A stretch of 49,316 nt of DNA, from assembly GCF_001194135.2 (NCBI RefSeq), contig NC_068989.1, positions 1,587,799 to 1,637,114 on the forward strand, given 5' to 3'. The position numbers and the translations under genes were made by a program. Shown in pieces: positions 24,706-38,153 of this stretch (its first letter is position 1; each line of letters starts with the position of its first letter). The notes under the pieces were generated by a model. That model saw only the letters and a list, made by a program, of their open reading frames with translations. It had not been told where the DNA came from and ran no database searches. The DNA is from Octopus bimaculoides (Eukaryota).

Positions 24706-26059
24706 AAAAGACGAGTGATTATTCTGTGTTGCTTTCAACAGATACGGAGGAGGGCTGAATGAAAAGCTACTGATCACTTGTCATAGAAAAACTGGTTTGA
24801 TACTGGAACAGACCAAAGACCGTCGATCTACAACAGAATCTGGAAGAATATGGAAAAGAAATAAAAAGAAATCTCTAAAAATAACTCAACATAAATCGTT
24901 ATTTTTTAATGCAGAACCAAAAGCATAGAATGCAGTTTGTGTCTGAAAGTTTGAAACATACCGTTTCTGCATACAGTTTGGTTTATGCCATTGTGGAACA
25001 TCTGAAACTTTGGAAATGCTTTGCTGCTCATTTAGGAAAATATCAACATATCCATCATTTCCTTTTAAAATTCCTGTGTATATGGGGGGGGGNNNNNNNN
25101 NNNNNNNNNNNNNNNNNNNNNNNNNNNNNNNGGGGGGGGGGGATCTGAAGGAGGCTGGTATGGGACTGTGTCTGTTTCATTGTCTTAAAACAAGGGAGTT
25201 GTAGGGTTAGGGTTTTAAAAGGAAACATACACACCAGGGTTGAGAATAAATTAATCTAATTTTGCGTCGAATAAGGGTTGCCCAAGGAACTCCCTTCGTT
25301 TTTAACTTTTCCTTTCTCTTCCCCTTCTCCCAACCCCTGTCTCGCATTCCCCTCCTCCCACCTCTCTCTCTCTCTCTCTCTCTCTCCAACTAGCTACACC
25401 CGATACTCATTACAACAGCTGTCAGGTTTTCTATATTCTTGCGCCATGTTCGCCACAAATTAATCCCCCCAGTGTAATTAATTAGAACCACCGCACCGCT
25501 CGAACACTAGTCTAAGTCTACATCCGTGCTGTTTGCGATCGGTTTTAAAGAATTAAATGCTGTAGGTGGGAACCTTTGCCTATTAACCGTTGTGGAGTGA
25601 CGCGCATCATAACGAACGGCAGCTTTCTTCAAAACTATCAAATTTCTCATACACACCCACCCTACACCCATATATATATATGGGCTTCTACACCCCTATT
25701 TCACGTATTCCTTAAACTCGTCTACTTGTACTAGGTCTTGACAACTAGGCGATAAATGGAAACCATTCGGTTTCTTGTAACAACACCTCCAAGAAGATGC
25801 CTCATAAGTGCTATTATTTTATTATTGTTGTTTCTAAATCACCCCCAACACACACACACATGCACTGAAGGTACAACTTCGGCGTAGTTTCAATTTCCTT
25901 TACAAAAAATTAAAAAAACAAGTAAATAAAATCTCCTGAAGATCGCTGTTTGGGTTAAACGATGTGCGAAAAGACAAATCCCACGATTTAATTATGTAAC
26001 TCTACACTTTACATTGAGCACTGCACTTTACATTTGAAATTTAGAAGACACTAAATTAT

Positions 26060-26334
26060 ATATTCTTTAACTTGTTTCTGTCATTTGACTGCTGCCATTC
26101 TGGAGCACCGCCTTGAAGAGTTTTAGCTGAACTAATCGACCCTAGGACTCATTTTTAAACCTAGTCCATATTTTATCGGTTTCTTGTGCCGATCCGCTAA
26201 GCTACAGGGATTAAACACACCAGCATCGGTTGTCATGGGGTGATGGGCGGACAAACTTAGACACAATGACAAACACAGACACACACTGACATATATATGT
26301 ATATATATAAGTATATATATATATATATATATAT
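26060..26334 (-). mobile_element. CORE-type SINE 3' body running into a gap
   Basis: Reverse complement reads ACAACCGATGCTGGTGTGTTTAATCCCTGTAGCTTAGCGGATCGGCAC...CAAGGCGGTGCTCCAGAATGGCAGCAGTCAAATGACAGAAACAAGTTAAAG. Confidence 0.8.
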
Positions 26335-27019
26335 NNNNNNNNNNNNNNNNNNNNNNNNNNNNNNNNNNNNNNNNNNNNNNNNNNNNNNNNNNNNNNNNNN
26401 NNNNNNNNNNNNNNNNNNNNNNNNNNNNNNNNNNNNNNNNNNNNNNNNNNNNNNNNNNNNNNNNNNNNNNNNNNNNNNNNNNNNNNNNNNNNNNNNNNNN
26501 NNNNNNNNNNNNNNNNNNNNNNNNNNNNNNNNNNNNNNNNNNNNNNNNNNNNNNNNNNNNNNNNNNNNNNNNNNNNNNNNNNNNNNNNNNNNNNNNNNNN
26601 NNNNNNNNNNNNNNNNNNNNNNNNNNNNNNNNNNNNNNNNNNNNNNNNNNNNNNNNNNNNNNNNNNNNNNNNNNNNNNNNNNNNNNNNNNNNNNNNNNNN
26701 NNNNNNNNNNNNNNNNNNNNNNNNNNNNNNNNNNNNNNNNNNNNNNNNNNNNNNNNNNNNNNNNNNNNNNNTTTGGTGGTTTATCTGTTAGTGTGTTTGT
26801 GTGTGTGTGTATGACGTAGTGGAAGAAATTAGTAGCAGGACTGGTTAGTGGACGCTGTAGACAGTGTAGGTAGAAGGTCAACATATATACACACACACAC
26901 AGGGTGATTCAAAAGTCGCTATACATAAGAACAATTTATTTTTTATAAGAAACAGTTTTTTTTATTTAACTGTTTCTTGTAAAAAAAAATAATAAATTTT
27001 TCCTATGCGTGATGACTTT

Positions 27020-27122
27020 TGAATCACGAGCTTCTTTCAGTTTCCGTCCACCAAATCGAGGCTACAATAGAAGACACTTGTCCAAGGTGCCACGCAGTAA
27101 GACTGAACCCGGAACCATGTGT
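27020..27122 (-). mobile_element. CORE-type SINE fragment
   Basis: Reverse complement reads CATGGTTCCGGGTTCAGTCTTACTGCGTGGCACCTTGGACAAGTGTCTTCTATTGTAGCCTCG. Confidence 0.8.
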
Positions 27123-27639
27123 GTGTGTGTGTGCGCGCGCGTTTTGTTTTGTTTTTTCTTTTTTTCTATTTTGCATTTTTTTTCTTTAAAAAATTCATGA
27201 AGACTAAACTATTGAAACTGAAACAAACAAAGCCAGTTCTCACATCTTTTCCTTCCTCCTCCGACTCAGATTTTACATTTTTTTTTTCTTTTGCCAAACT
27301 AGAAACTTCCCAAATGCATGACTTAACCACAATTTCTCTTTGTTGAATGTTTTCCTTTTTAATTCATGTTTTGTTGTTTCTCAAATTCTTTTTTAAAATA
27401 ACAAATTTAATAATAAAAGAAATAATAAGATTAGGGATTAAAGAGTGACAAAAAAAAAGCAGCAAACCTAAAACCGACGTCCATCTGTTCGCAGATTTTA
27501 CAACAAAAGATGAGCGAATCACTTGTTTTAGTATCGCATATCTTCGAGGAATCTTAGAAACTTAAACGAAATTCTTGCTTTTGGTTACAGAAAGACTAAA
27601 CTTTATCTCCCAATACTTTCTATTATCTGTTTAATTATA

Positions 27640-27850
27640 GAAGCTATTCCTGTTGTTGCTGTTGTTGTTGGGTGGTGGTGGTTGTGATAGTGCAGTGGTT
27701 GGTATTGGCAATGGTGGTTGTAGTGTTGCTTTGTTGTTGGTGGTGGTCGTGGTGTTGCTATTGGCGTTAGTGGCGCTAATTGTGAGGCTGTTGTGGCCGT
27801 CATTGGTGGCGGTCGTCGTAGCGCTGGTTTTGCGAATAAACAACAACAGC
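27640..27850. repeat. Degenerate triplet-periodic low-complexity tract (GTT/GGT/GTG)
   Basis: A decayed triplet repeat. Comparable tracts lie at ~570-632, 46555-46610 and 47590-47710 on the opposite strand. Confidence 0.8.
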
Positions 27851-28339
27851 AACAAAATTATAGTTAAACCTCATTTGAAAAGAAACCAAAACCTTAAAGA
27901 AATATTCGGTAAATTTTCATTGAGAACACCCGAAACCCGAAATTATATGTAAATCTGAGACTGCCTTCTTTAATTTTCTTTTCGAAATTTTAGATGGTCC
28001 AAACTAATGAGATTTTAAATCTGAAATTCTTTCGGCACTGCAGAGCACAATTTGTTTAAAGTCAATGTTAAGAGCCCTATAAAATATCGTAGAGAAGTTG
28101 GGGAGGTGGGGAGTTCATGTATTTCTGAATCGTTGGTTAAGAAGTGGATCAAAGTAGCCTGCTGCTTGGATCGAACCTTGGTTGCAGATGGACGGGACAA
28201 AGAATTTCGTACATAGCCTCCATTTTTACATATATGCAAGAGATTGAAGTTGTGGTGCACATACGTTGTTTGCTCGGAGCATGACTATGCCAAATGGCAT
28301 AACTATATAACAGAGAGCTATATACTGTATGTATATATG

Positions 28340-28410
<71 letters not shown>

Positions 28411-28964
28411 GTCATATGAGATAATGGAGAGAGCGAGGAAGATTAGGAAATTGGTAAATGCGAAAAATTAGCGGTAGAGAAAGGATGAGTGGTGAGGTAC
28501 TGCAAGATTGATTTCTGTAGGAATGGTAAAGTAACGAAATTACAAAGGATTAAAGGAGGAGAGGGAGGTAGAAGGGAGCGTTCGATGGATGCACTTTTCA
28601 TAAACGGGAGAAAGAGAATGTATTAGATGAGCGATGGTGATTAGGTGGGTTACATGGGGTCTGGTGAGGAAGAGGGAGTAATTAATCAGTTGGAGAGGGA
28701 GTAGAGAAAACAAACAGAGAGAGAGAGAGAGAATGAAAGAAAGAATTGTTTTTGATTCGCAGGAACGAAGAATCGTTTAAACGAGACGAAGAACAAAGAA
28801 AAGAATGAAGTCTGAGGAAGAGAGACGGATGTTTGACCACTAAAGATGGTCACTGCATCCCTTTTGATCTCCGGTGGACATTTACTGCTTCACTCACAAA
28901 CCTCACCATCTCTCTCTTTCTCTCTCCCTCCCGTCCCTAATCTTGCATACATTTACTACCACCA

Positions 28965-29000
28965 GCACCACCACCACCGCCGCCGCCGCCGCCGCCACCG
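28965..29000. repeat. (ACC)n-(GCC)n microsatellite
   Basis: CACCACCACCACCGCCGCCGCCGCCGCCGCCACC. Confidence 0.9.
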
Positions 29001-29421
29001 CAAGCGAAGTCTTTGGTTCTTCCAAGCTGAGTTTACGGCAAGTTTGTGTTGCTTCAGGTGTTCAACCTCAAGGTCTGCCGTCTTCCCACCCCAACCCACA
29101 CCTCGCCCCTTCTTCACTCTCTTTCTTCTCTCACAACAGATTTGCAAAGCAGTTTATTAGTTTCTTCTTATTTGTTTTACTTTTCATTAGTTACTCTATC
29201 TCACACACACACGCACACACACACACAAGACGTGTGTTTGTGTGTGTGTTAATGATTTTCCGAAAATCTAAATAAAACCGTCAGGTGCCAAATACTTAAC
29301 GAAGGTTTAAGGTTTGGGGTTCTGTTGGGGCAGAAAATTGAACGGTTAACTGACTTTCAAGACATTTTCGTTAAATTTCACCAAACTACGGCCTCCAACT
29401 TGGAACAAACATAAATACACA

Positions 29422-29466
<45 letters not shown>

Positions 29467-29492
29467 TCACTTCTATATATTTTGCTTCTTTT

Positions 29493-29662
29493 TCTAAGGT
29501 CAGCAATTTTGGGGTGAGAGGTCAAGTTCATTACATCGATTCCGAAGTACTAAAAAGCAAAGTTGACTTCGGCGAAGTTTGAACTCAGAACACCTAAAGC
29601 CGGAAATATAGCTAAGCATTTTGTTCGCCGCCCCGCTAAAGATTATGCCAGTTCGCCAACTT
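29493..29662 (-). mobile_element. SINE family A, diverged with internal deletion
   Basis: Reverse complement has the GGCGAACTGGCATAATC head, GTTCTGAGTTCAAACTTCGCCGAAGTCAACTTTGC and CAAAAATTGCTGACCTTAG. Confidence 0.7.
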
Positions 29663-29916
29663 AGAGGCGATTCTGTAAACTCGCTATCATATTAAGATTA
29701 AGTTGGAAGGGTCATAATGAATAGTGCATGTACGTGTGTGTGTGTGTGTGTGTAAAAGAAAAATTTAAGAAAAAATAAATATTTTAAACATTCAACAAGA
29801 GACAGCCCCTCCCCCCAAAGGAAGGAGAAAATGTTGACCTCTGTTTTTCTTGTTTATTTGTGGTGTATTTTCTTCAAATTTAGTGACACATTTGTTCTGT
29901 ACAGCTGGAGGATGAA

Positions 29917-29958
<42 letters not shown>

Positions 29959-29966
29959 TCCTGTAT

Positions 29967-30160
29967 ATATATATATCATCATTTAACATCCGCTTTCCAT
30001 ACTGGCATGGGTTGGACGGTTTGACTAAAAACTGGTAAGCCGGGGGTGCTGTACCAGGCTCCAATCTGATCCGGCAAGATTTCTGCAGCTGGATACCTTT
30101 CCTAACGCCAACCACTCCGAGAGTGCAGTGAGTGCTTTTTACGTCCCACCGACATAAACA
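29967..30160 (-). mobile_element. RTE-type 3' tail element ending in (GAT)n
   Basis: Reverse complement reads GGGACGTAAAAAGCACTCACTGCACTCTCGGAGTGGTTGGCGTTAGGAAAGGTATCCAGCTG...CCAACCCATGCCAGTATGGAAAGCGGATGTTAAATGATGAT. Confidence 0.7.
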
Positions 30161-30284
30161 CATCACTGTTTCACATGTTTGTCCCCCATCACCATTTCAC
30201 AAACGGTGATGGGAGAAAAACATCGATACACGCATATATATATATAGATAGATAGATAGATAGATAGATAGATGTACACACACA

Positions 30285-30447
30285 CACACGACGGGATTCT
30301 TTCAGTTTCTGTCTACCAGATCCACTCATGAGGCTTTGGTCGGTCCGAGGCTATAAAAGTAGAAGTCACTGCCCAAGGTGCCACGCAGTAGGACTGAAAC
30401 CAGAACCATGTGGTTGAAAAGCAAGCTTCTTACCACACAGCCACACG
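30285..30447 (-). mobile_element. CORE-type SINE 5' half
   Basis: Reverse complement reads GTGTGGCTGTGTGGTAAGAAGCTTGC...GTTTCAGTCCTACTGCGTGGCACCTTGGGCAGTGACTTCTAC...GACAGAAACTGAAAGAATCCCGTCG. Confidence 0.85.
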
Positions 30448-30999
30448 TTGTCAAACCCCGACAGCTATATCATCAGTACCTCTCGTCTAGTTAATTGCCA
30501 GCTCTCTTGAGTTTTCGTTGAAGTTGTTGCTTATTTTGGGTTGAATTGTTCAACCAAATACTTTTTTAATATACTCGTTGTTAATTAAAATTTGTTTGAG
30601 TTGTGCAAATTTTTGTTTCACTCTGGCGTCGTGGAGATGGGGTCCTCAGTGGTAACATTAAGTAGAAAATTTAGTAATCATGTGAACAAGCTGGATACAT
30701 TGTTGGTTTTTGTCTTTCCTTTTTGTTTTAGCTTCTTAACGTATTACTGTGTTGTATATGTATTGTTTGAGGTGGGGGATTAAAAGACAAAAAATCTACA
30801 CTAAAGAAAAAGAAAACTAACGGAAAAAAAATTTTGAAATTAAAATAAGATTTCTAAGTGTATTTGTGCGCACGTGTTCGTTTGTTTGTCTGGGTATGAA
30901 TTGTATTATATACATTGACACGGACACATACGCACACATACACACATGCACACACACATATATATCTATATGGATAAATTCGTTCTCAGTACTTCAGTT

Positions 31000-31042
<43 letters not shown>

Positions 31043-31043
<1 letters not shown>

Positions 31044-31401
31044 GGCAATAAGAAAATGGAAGGGGATCAAGAGGTGATATTCATCAGCTTTTAAATAATA
31101 TATTATGTCTATTTATTTATCTAAAAAAAAATTATAACGATATATATACATGTATAACATATTATGCTTTACATTTATAAAAATACCAGTAATTATTAAA
31201 ATATATAACGTAGAATTATTCTACTTTCTATGTTCTACGTTATATATTTTAATAATTGCTGGTATTTTTATATATGTAAAGCATAATATGTTATACATGT
31301 ATATATATTGTTATAATTGTTTTTAAAAATAAATAGACATAATATAATGTCTAAAAGTTGATGAATACCACTTCTTGATCCCCTCAATTTTCTTATTGCT
31401 G
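31043..31401. mobile_element. Foldback MITE, Tc1/mariner-type (TA TSD)
   Basis: Arms of ~170 bp (31043-31215 and 31233-31401) are near-identical inverted repeats around a 17-nt spacer. The ends are TA|CGGCAATAAG...CTTATTGCTG|TA. Confidence 0.85.
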
Positions 31402-32097
31402 TATAAATTAAGGGTAAAACAACTTTTTGCCCTCACCCATTTATTACATTCAGTAGTGTAATTGCCATGCAATAAAAAAAACACTTGTGTATTAATAATT
31501 GGGTATTCTACCAGCAGTATATTGGATAGATGTTATCCCTTAGTTGGTTNNNNNNNNNNNNNNNNNNNNNNNNNNNNNNNNNNNNNNNNNNNNNNNNNNN
31601 NNNNNNNNNNNNNNNNNNNNNNNNNNNNNNNNNNNNNNNNNNNNNNNNNNNNNNNNNNNNNNNNNNNNNNNNNNNNNNNNNNNNNNNNNNNNNNNNNNNN
31701 NNNNNNNNNNNNNNNNNNNNNNNNNNNNNNNNNNNNNNNNNNNNNNNNNNNNNNNNNNNNNNNNNNNNNNNNNNNNNNNNNNNNNNNNNNNNNNNNNNNN
31801 NNNNNNNNNNNNNNNNNNNNNNNNNNNNNNNNNNNNNNNNNNNNNNNNNNNNNNNNNNNNNNNNNNNNNNNNNNNNNNNNNNNNNNNNNNNNNNNNNNNN
31901 NNNNNNNNNNNNNNNNNNGTAAAAGATAAAAGATGCGCGCGTGTGTGTGTGTGGAACAGGTCTCTGCTGATGCAACAGCTACACAGTTAGTCTGACCTCA
32001 GTATTTCTTTTTCCGTTTCGTTGGTGGTTCTTTTGTGTTTCTCTCTAATTATAGATATTTGCATGAGTGGGCGTAACATCCATAGAGATAACTTACT

Positions 32098-32139
<42 letters not shown>

Positions 32140-32775
32140 TCTTCTGAAAACTTAAATTGCCCTCCCCCACATTTCATGCCCCCACCCCAAGTCCCTTCTT
32201 ATCACAAACCACACTTAGCTATTGCCGTTCTGAAACCTTGAGAAAAATAACAATAACAACCCATGAAACCCTTTAACCATACTGTGAACATGTTTGAAAT
32301 ATAAACACCTTTAACTGGGCTGAGATACAGCTGTGGAAATATTGCATCAATGACTGGATCAGAGGCAGTGGGTTACGGCGAAACAGCTTCAGCTGCCACA
32401 CGCACACACGCACACACGCACACTAGCATACACTAACACTCGCACAGACAGACACACACGCGCGCGCACAGATCTTATGGTAAAAAGAAAAAAAAACATG
32501 CAGTGACATCGATATAGAAAGTTGTATGGTCAGTCTGAGTATTATGCCTTAAAGAGTACAACAGGCGCTAGATTTGTTTACACAAATGAACTCGTCGTAA
32601 AATTCATCTGCACACACACACACACACACACACACAAATATCAAAGCGCAAGTATGCCCATACACCCCTCGTGTGTAATCATATTCCAAGAAGACTATCA
32701 CCAGACCAAAGCACACACGGGTTTAATTAGAGTAACGATCAATCGATTACTCTATCTGTCTGTCTGTTCCTCTTT

Positions 32776-32811
<36 letters not shown>

Positions 32812-33096
32812 TATGGGATTCAATACAACCTGACGTAGACGGCAGAAATGGCCAGGTACAGTAAGACAGGTTCTATATTTCTAAATTTTTACTTTAGAAC
32901 AGGGTTATATTTTAACTTTACAGCAATTTCCTTATTCATGCCGCAGTGTGTCACGAAATCAAGAAGATTAAGGATCACTGTCCAATTGTGACCCACAATC
33001 CTAATGTGTGTGTGTGTGTGTTCGTGAGACAGAGAGGGAATACGTGGGCCTATTTATGGTTTACTACCTTATCTCTCCCTCTCTCTCTCTCTCTCT

Positions 33097-33149
<53 letters not shown>

Positions 33150-33580
33150 GTCATTAGCTGACTGCAATCAAAGCCATACATGCATGCATATATGTATACT
33201 TTCTTCCTTACTTGCGACTTCCGTTAACTTTGATATAAGTTGTAATTCAGTGAGGTAGAACCGTGTACAAATTGTTCCAGATGGACTAATAATAATGATG
33301 ATGATGATGATAAAAGCTTGGTTATACAGGAGAAATTCGACACATCATTTCCGTACAAACACTTCACCAGCAACAACATTAGAGTACTTCCTCCCTTCTC
33401 TTTATCATTTTCACTTCTATCTAGCTAGCTAGCTAGCTAGCTAGCTATCTGTCTATCTGTCTGTGTATCTTTCTGTCTTTCTAGCTGTCTGTCTATCTTT
33501 TGTACTATTTTGCTACCTGTCTGTCTTTTTGCCTATCTCTCCGTCTATCTAACTATCATCATTAATCACCTACATTTTCT

Positions 33581-33615
<35 letters not shown>

Positions 33616-35341
33616 TCTCTCTCTCAGCTTTTCTCTCTCTACCCATTCTTCTCCATAATCTACTTTCTACTTGCTTATCATCTCCCCTTCATTCAAATGT
33701 ACCTAGGTAGTATTGGTATCCGTTATTGGTAGCATCAGCAAAAAAAAAAAAAAAACATTGCGTCTAGTGAGAGATAAATATCATTTAATACACACAGGAT
33801 TTAAGTGCGTGCTGCTACAAGTTTCATGCCTCTGGAAATACGATGCTTGGACAAGATTGTATAGTGAACCGTGTATTTTCAAGTAATCATTGAAGGTCGA
33901 GATATAACATGGCTACTCTTTCAGAACACGCGAAAGAGCGAGAAAGAACGAGAGGAAGGAAGTAAAAGAAAAAAAGTAGAATAACAAAAACGAAACAGAG
34001 AGGGAATCGAGATAAGAGTTGCGATCCTTTGGCTGGTTAGAACCAGAATTAATATGGATGGTATAATTCAATGGTGGTAGGAGGTTCAAAGTTTGTGTGA
34101 CTGTATGCTTAATTCAGAAATAGTGTTTTCCAGTTCCATTATAGAAACTTATCCAGATGTTTACATTTAATAAAAGCTCCGAATCTAGAATTCAGCAGGT
34201 GAGCAGATTTTATAGATCTAAATACAAGATGAGACCTTTCGACTATAAGAAATCTGCAACTTCTTGACCTATTAATGTATTGTTGAGAAGTGTATATAGA
34301 TTAAAAGTGTATTTGAAAGAAATGGAAAATTTTAAAGTTAATGAAGTTTCCAAGGGAAATTACTTTAAAGATGGAAATTTTTTCGGGAATAACGATAAAG
34401 GATATACTAAAGGAAACGAGATACAAATATTTCCAACAATTTCAAAGCATTCGTAACCTTCATTCGTTTAGAAATTTAAAACTATACACTAGGTATTTAG
34501 GAGAGAGTTTACAAGTTAACAAAAGTTCGGATTTTACATTTAAACTTGAGAACTGAGGCAAAACATAAGCAGTTTTCAATGAGATACAAGTGGCAACTCA
34601 GTTGTTAACGAAAATTTGTACGCCTATAATTTAGTGGGAAGGCAAATAAAACAAAATGATGTGGGTTTGTCTATCAAAACCCCACTACAAATATATCTGG
34701 ATAGTGCAGTCTCAAATTCCTGTCTCGGTTAATAAACGAATGCGTATGCTGCAAAACATGTGCTTTAAAAAGTAAAGCTCGATTAATGCAACGCAGGACT
34801 TTGCTCCACATTTTCTTTGTATTCTGTTTCTATGTGTATTTTGGCACGTTGTATTAATGATTTCGTCAGACGGTTACTATTAAGCAGGCAGTTGTACAAT
34901 TAGTACAGTTACAGGGCACTGACAAGCTGTATTATTTATGGTAAAAAGTCACTTGGCATTGTTAATGGGACGTGCAACGTTTTTACGAGGAGCATAGTTA
35001 ACATCAATCGAATTTTTGAAAAAGAATTATGTAGTATGTGTGGCTCGTAGGAAAGAGAAGGAAAATCAATTTAAGAGACTCTTCAGTTATGTTTGTTCTC
35101 ATATTTAACCATACACTGGATTATATCAGAGAACATTTCGTGGCCCGTTTTTACACTTTTGAACATGAAGTCTTGGGGGATTTTGCATTTTCTTTGAGAA
35201 ATGACTGTTCGGAGAGCTGAATAAGAGAAATAGTTGGTGTTATCTACCTTATTGTTGACGTACCAGTGGAAGTTACGATAAGTGGCCATCGAAATTACAA
35301 GCTCAGTTTTATTGGGTATGAAAGAATGTTCACTAAAGTAA

Positions 35342-35439
<98 letters not shown>

Positions 35440-35781
35440 TGAGAGAGTGAGAGAGAGAGAGAGAGAGACAGAGAGAGAGAGACTGACTGACTAAGCATAT
35501 AGAGAACATTAAGGAACTCGTTCTCTGCAGGTGGCGAGACAGCCAATGCGAACGCGTGACTTCTTTGCTTGCTGTCTTCATCACCATCGCCGTCATTTGT
35601 CATCATGTTACTCGCATCTCCTTTCTTTTATCGCTGCCACAAAATGATTTGAAGGATTTCGCAGTTATTGTCCTTCAACACTCAGTTGACACTTTGACGG
35701 ACTACGTATACATACATACATATATAGTCGTTTTTCGTTCCCAGTTTTCAACATGTGTTGTTAATATTATTATTGTTATTA

Positions 35782-36015
35782 AGGCAGTGAGTTGGCAGAC
35801 TCGTTAGCACGCCAGGTAGAATGCTTAGCGGCTTTTCGTCTGCCTTAACGTTTTGTGTTCAAATTCCACCGAGATCGACTTTGAATTTTATTCTTTTTGC
35901 GGGGTGGGGGTCAATAAAATAAGTAGCAGTTGAGTTCTGGGGGGGAGGGTGTCGATGTTATCGACTTTACTCCTCTTCCGGAATTGCTGGCCTTGTGCCT
36001 AAATTTGAAACTAAT
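35782..36015 (+). mobile_element. SINE family A, near full length
   Basis: GGCAGTGAGTTGGCAGACTCGTTAGCACGCC...GTTCAAATTCCACCGAGATCGACTTTG...GAATTGCTGGCCTTGTGCCTAAATTTGAAAC. Confidence 0.85.
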
Positions 36016-36835
36016 ATTAACAATTATTTTTACTTTAGGTATTATTTTTCTGATACTTGTGTGTGTAAGCATGCGCGATCGTATGCGCGCGCACAAACAC
36101 GCTCAAGCATGAGAAAATTATGCAAAAGTGTAAAATTAATAATAATAACAATTAAAAACTGAAATTTTATACCATTATTACTAAACACATATGTGTGTAA
36201 ATGTGTACGTTTGTGTATACTGGTGTAAAATGGTACGTTGAGTCGCGTTCCTCGGATGCGCGGGCGATGAAGCGAGAAAAGCCCGTGCGCAGCCTGTCAC
36301 GTCTGCTGCGTCTTTCCGCGACTTAAAAACTAAATGAATTTAATGATAATTGCATTAAAAAAGACTGCATTTAATTTATTGATCTATCTCTGTATAGTCC
36401 CGCTAACGATTTCTCTTTTCTTTTCCAGTATGTACCTTGTTCATCGAAAACTGACATGAGGAAAGACACTTGGAAAGGTTGTGACGTCGGAACTGTTCGC
36501 TTTTGGACATGACAAACGTAATTGGAATCATGGAAAAGATGATGATGTGGAAGTTCTGGAAGACAAAGAAATGGAAAGGAATGAGGAAATAATTATAATA
36601 ATGGTGATGATGATTATGGTGATAACGAACTTCAAATTATTACCACCTGGACCTCGTTACTTTAAAGACACGATCTGTGTTAACGCAACACAATCAATAA
36701 TGTACATAGGAAAACAATTTTTTTTTTTTTGCTCACTTCATGTGTTTTTGTTTGACAAACCCAAAAAGTCAATAAAACTCAACTAATTAATATACAGAAA
36801 CCATACATACATACATACATATATANNNNNNNNNN

Positions 36836-36874
<39 letters not shown>

Positions 36875-37084
36875 TATGCGTACATTTGTCTAACTGCAAA
36901 CGTTGTTAAGCGTGGTTCATCAAGCAATTTCAAAGACAACAGAAGCAAAGCCTCTGCAATAAACGAGAACGTTTTGATATGATTTTAATAAAATTGTTTC
37001 CCCAGTATGTCCTCTGCAAATGAAGAAAACTAATGGAATTATTATTACCTTCTGTGAGGGTAGTCAGAATCAGTAGAGCACTGG

Positions 37085-37270
37085 AGTGTCAGTGGACAAA
37101 TGCCTTGCACTGTTTTCTTAAATTCTGATTTCAGTCCCCAGCTGGGTCCACTTTGCCTTTCATCCTTCTGGGCGCTTGATAAGAAAAATATCAATGGTAT
37201 ACTGCTGTTGGTTCAATTGAATTTCCCTCTCCCTACAAATATGTGGCTTTGGGCCAATGTACGAAAAATA
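37085..37270 (+). mobile_element. SINE family A, highly diverged
   Basis: GGGTCCACTTTGCCTTTCATCCTTCTGGGCGCTTGATAAG plus a 3'-end-like GTGGCTTTGGGCCAATGTACGAAA. Confidence 0.55.
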
Positions 37271-38153
37271 ATTTTAATCCCTTCCTGTTTTTTTTTTTTT
37301 TTCTATATCCTATTGTCAATTAAGTTCACTTTGGTTTTTTCCACGCATCATCTCCCGTTCTTGATTCAGACATTTTTACAAACTGGACTTCAAAAAATAT
37401 TGCCAATTTTCTTGCTCTTGTAAAACAGCAGGTTAGGTATATATATGTGTGTGTGCGTGTGTGTGTGTGTGTAAACTTTCAGTAGCCGAAACTATTGAGT
37501 ATTGTGTCTGTTTGAGTGTAGTTCACAGAAAATAAAAAAATAAAAACTTAAATGACTAAAATGTTGACAGCTGGCCTGGACAAAATGGCTGTAGCATCGG
37601 CAAAGCTTTCATGCTTCTTTTTACTGTACAGTCCTTGAAAATATGACTTATATAAAAGAGAAAAAAAAAGAAACAACAATATATAGTAATATTTCATTAC
37701 TATTAATTTTATATTCTATTTGTGTTCATTTTATGTTCGTATTTTGTTTTGCTTTTTTTTTTCTTCCTCACAGCACAATATTTTTTTTTTTTTTTGGTTT
37801 GGTTTTAAGGTAAAAATCATTTCCAAAACCTTCGTAGTTCTTCCGTCACTGGCGAGCTCAGTGTGCATGGCGTACCTTTTAAACAGCTGCAGGTTGACGG
37901 TTGCGATACAAACATGGAATGAACGGAATTCCAGAATCTCGAGGTTCTGAGGGGAAGAAACTGGCATAGTAGTAGACGATGGGTGCAGAACTAGGCCTAA
38001 ACACAATATGAAGAGAGGGGAGACGAGTGCGAAATACTTAGGTGCAGGAGACACGAAACCAGCCAGATCCGAGAAGGATATGTCCATGTAGCGTTAGAAA
38101 GGGACTGTGGTTCAGTAGCATCCCGCATGTGTGTGTATATATATATATATATA

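Noticed and set aside
36238-36326. Type II hammerhead on the minus strand (GAAA after P1, CCGAGGAA before P1)
   Set aside because: There is no U16.1-H17 cleavage site or proper stem III closure, and the core has C at position 4. It is retained only as a structured island.
37925-37965. Peptide EFQNLEVLRGRN resembling a receptor L-domain motif
   Set aside because: There is an in-frame TGA immediately upstream, a stop soon after and no splice acceptor; a short chance match.
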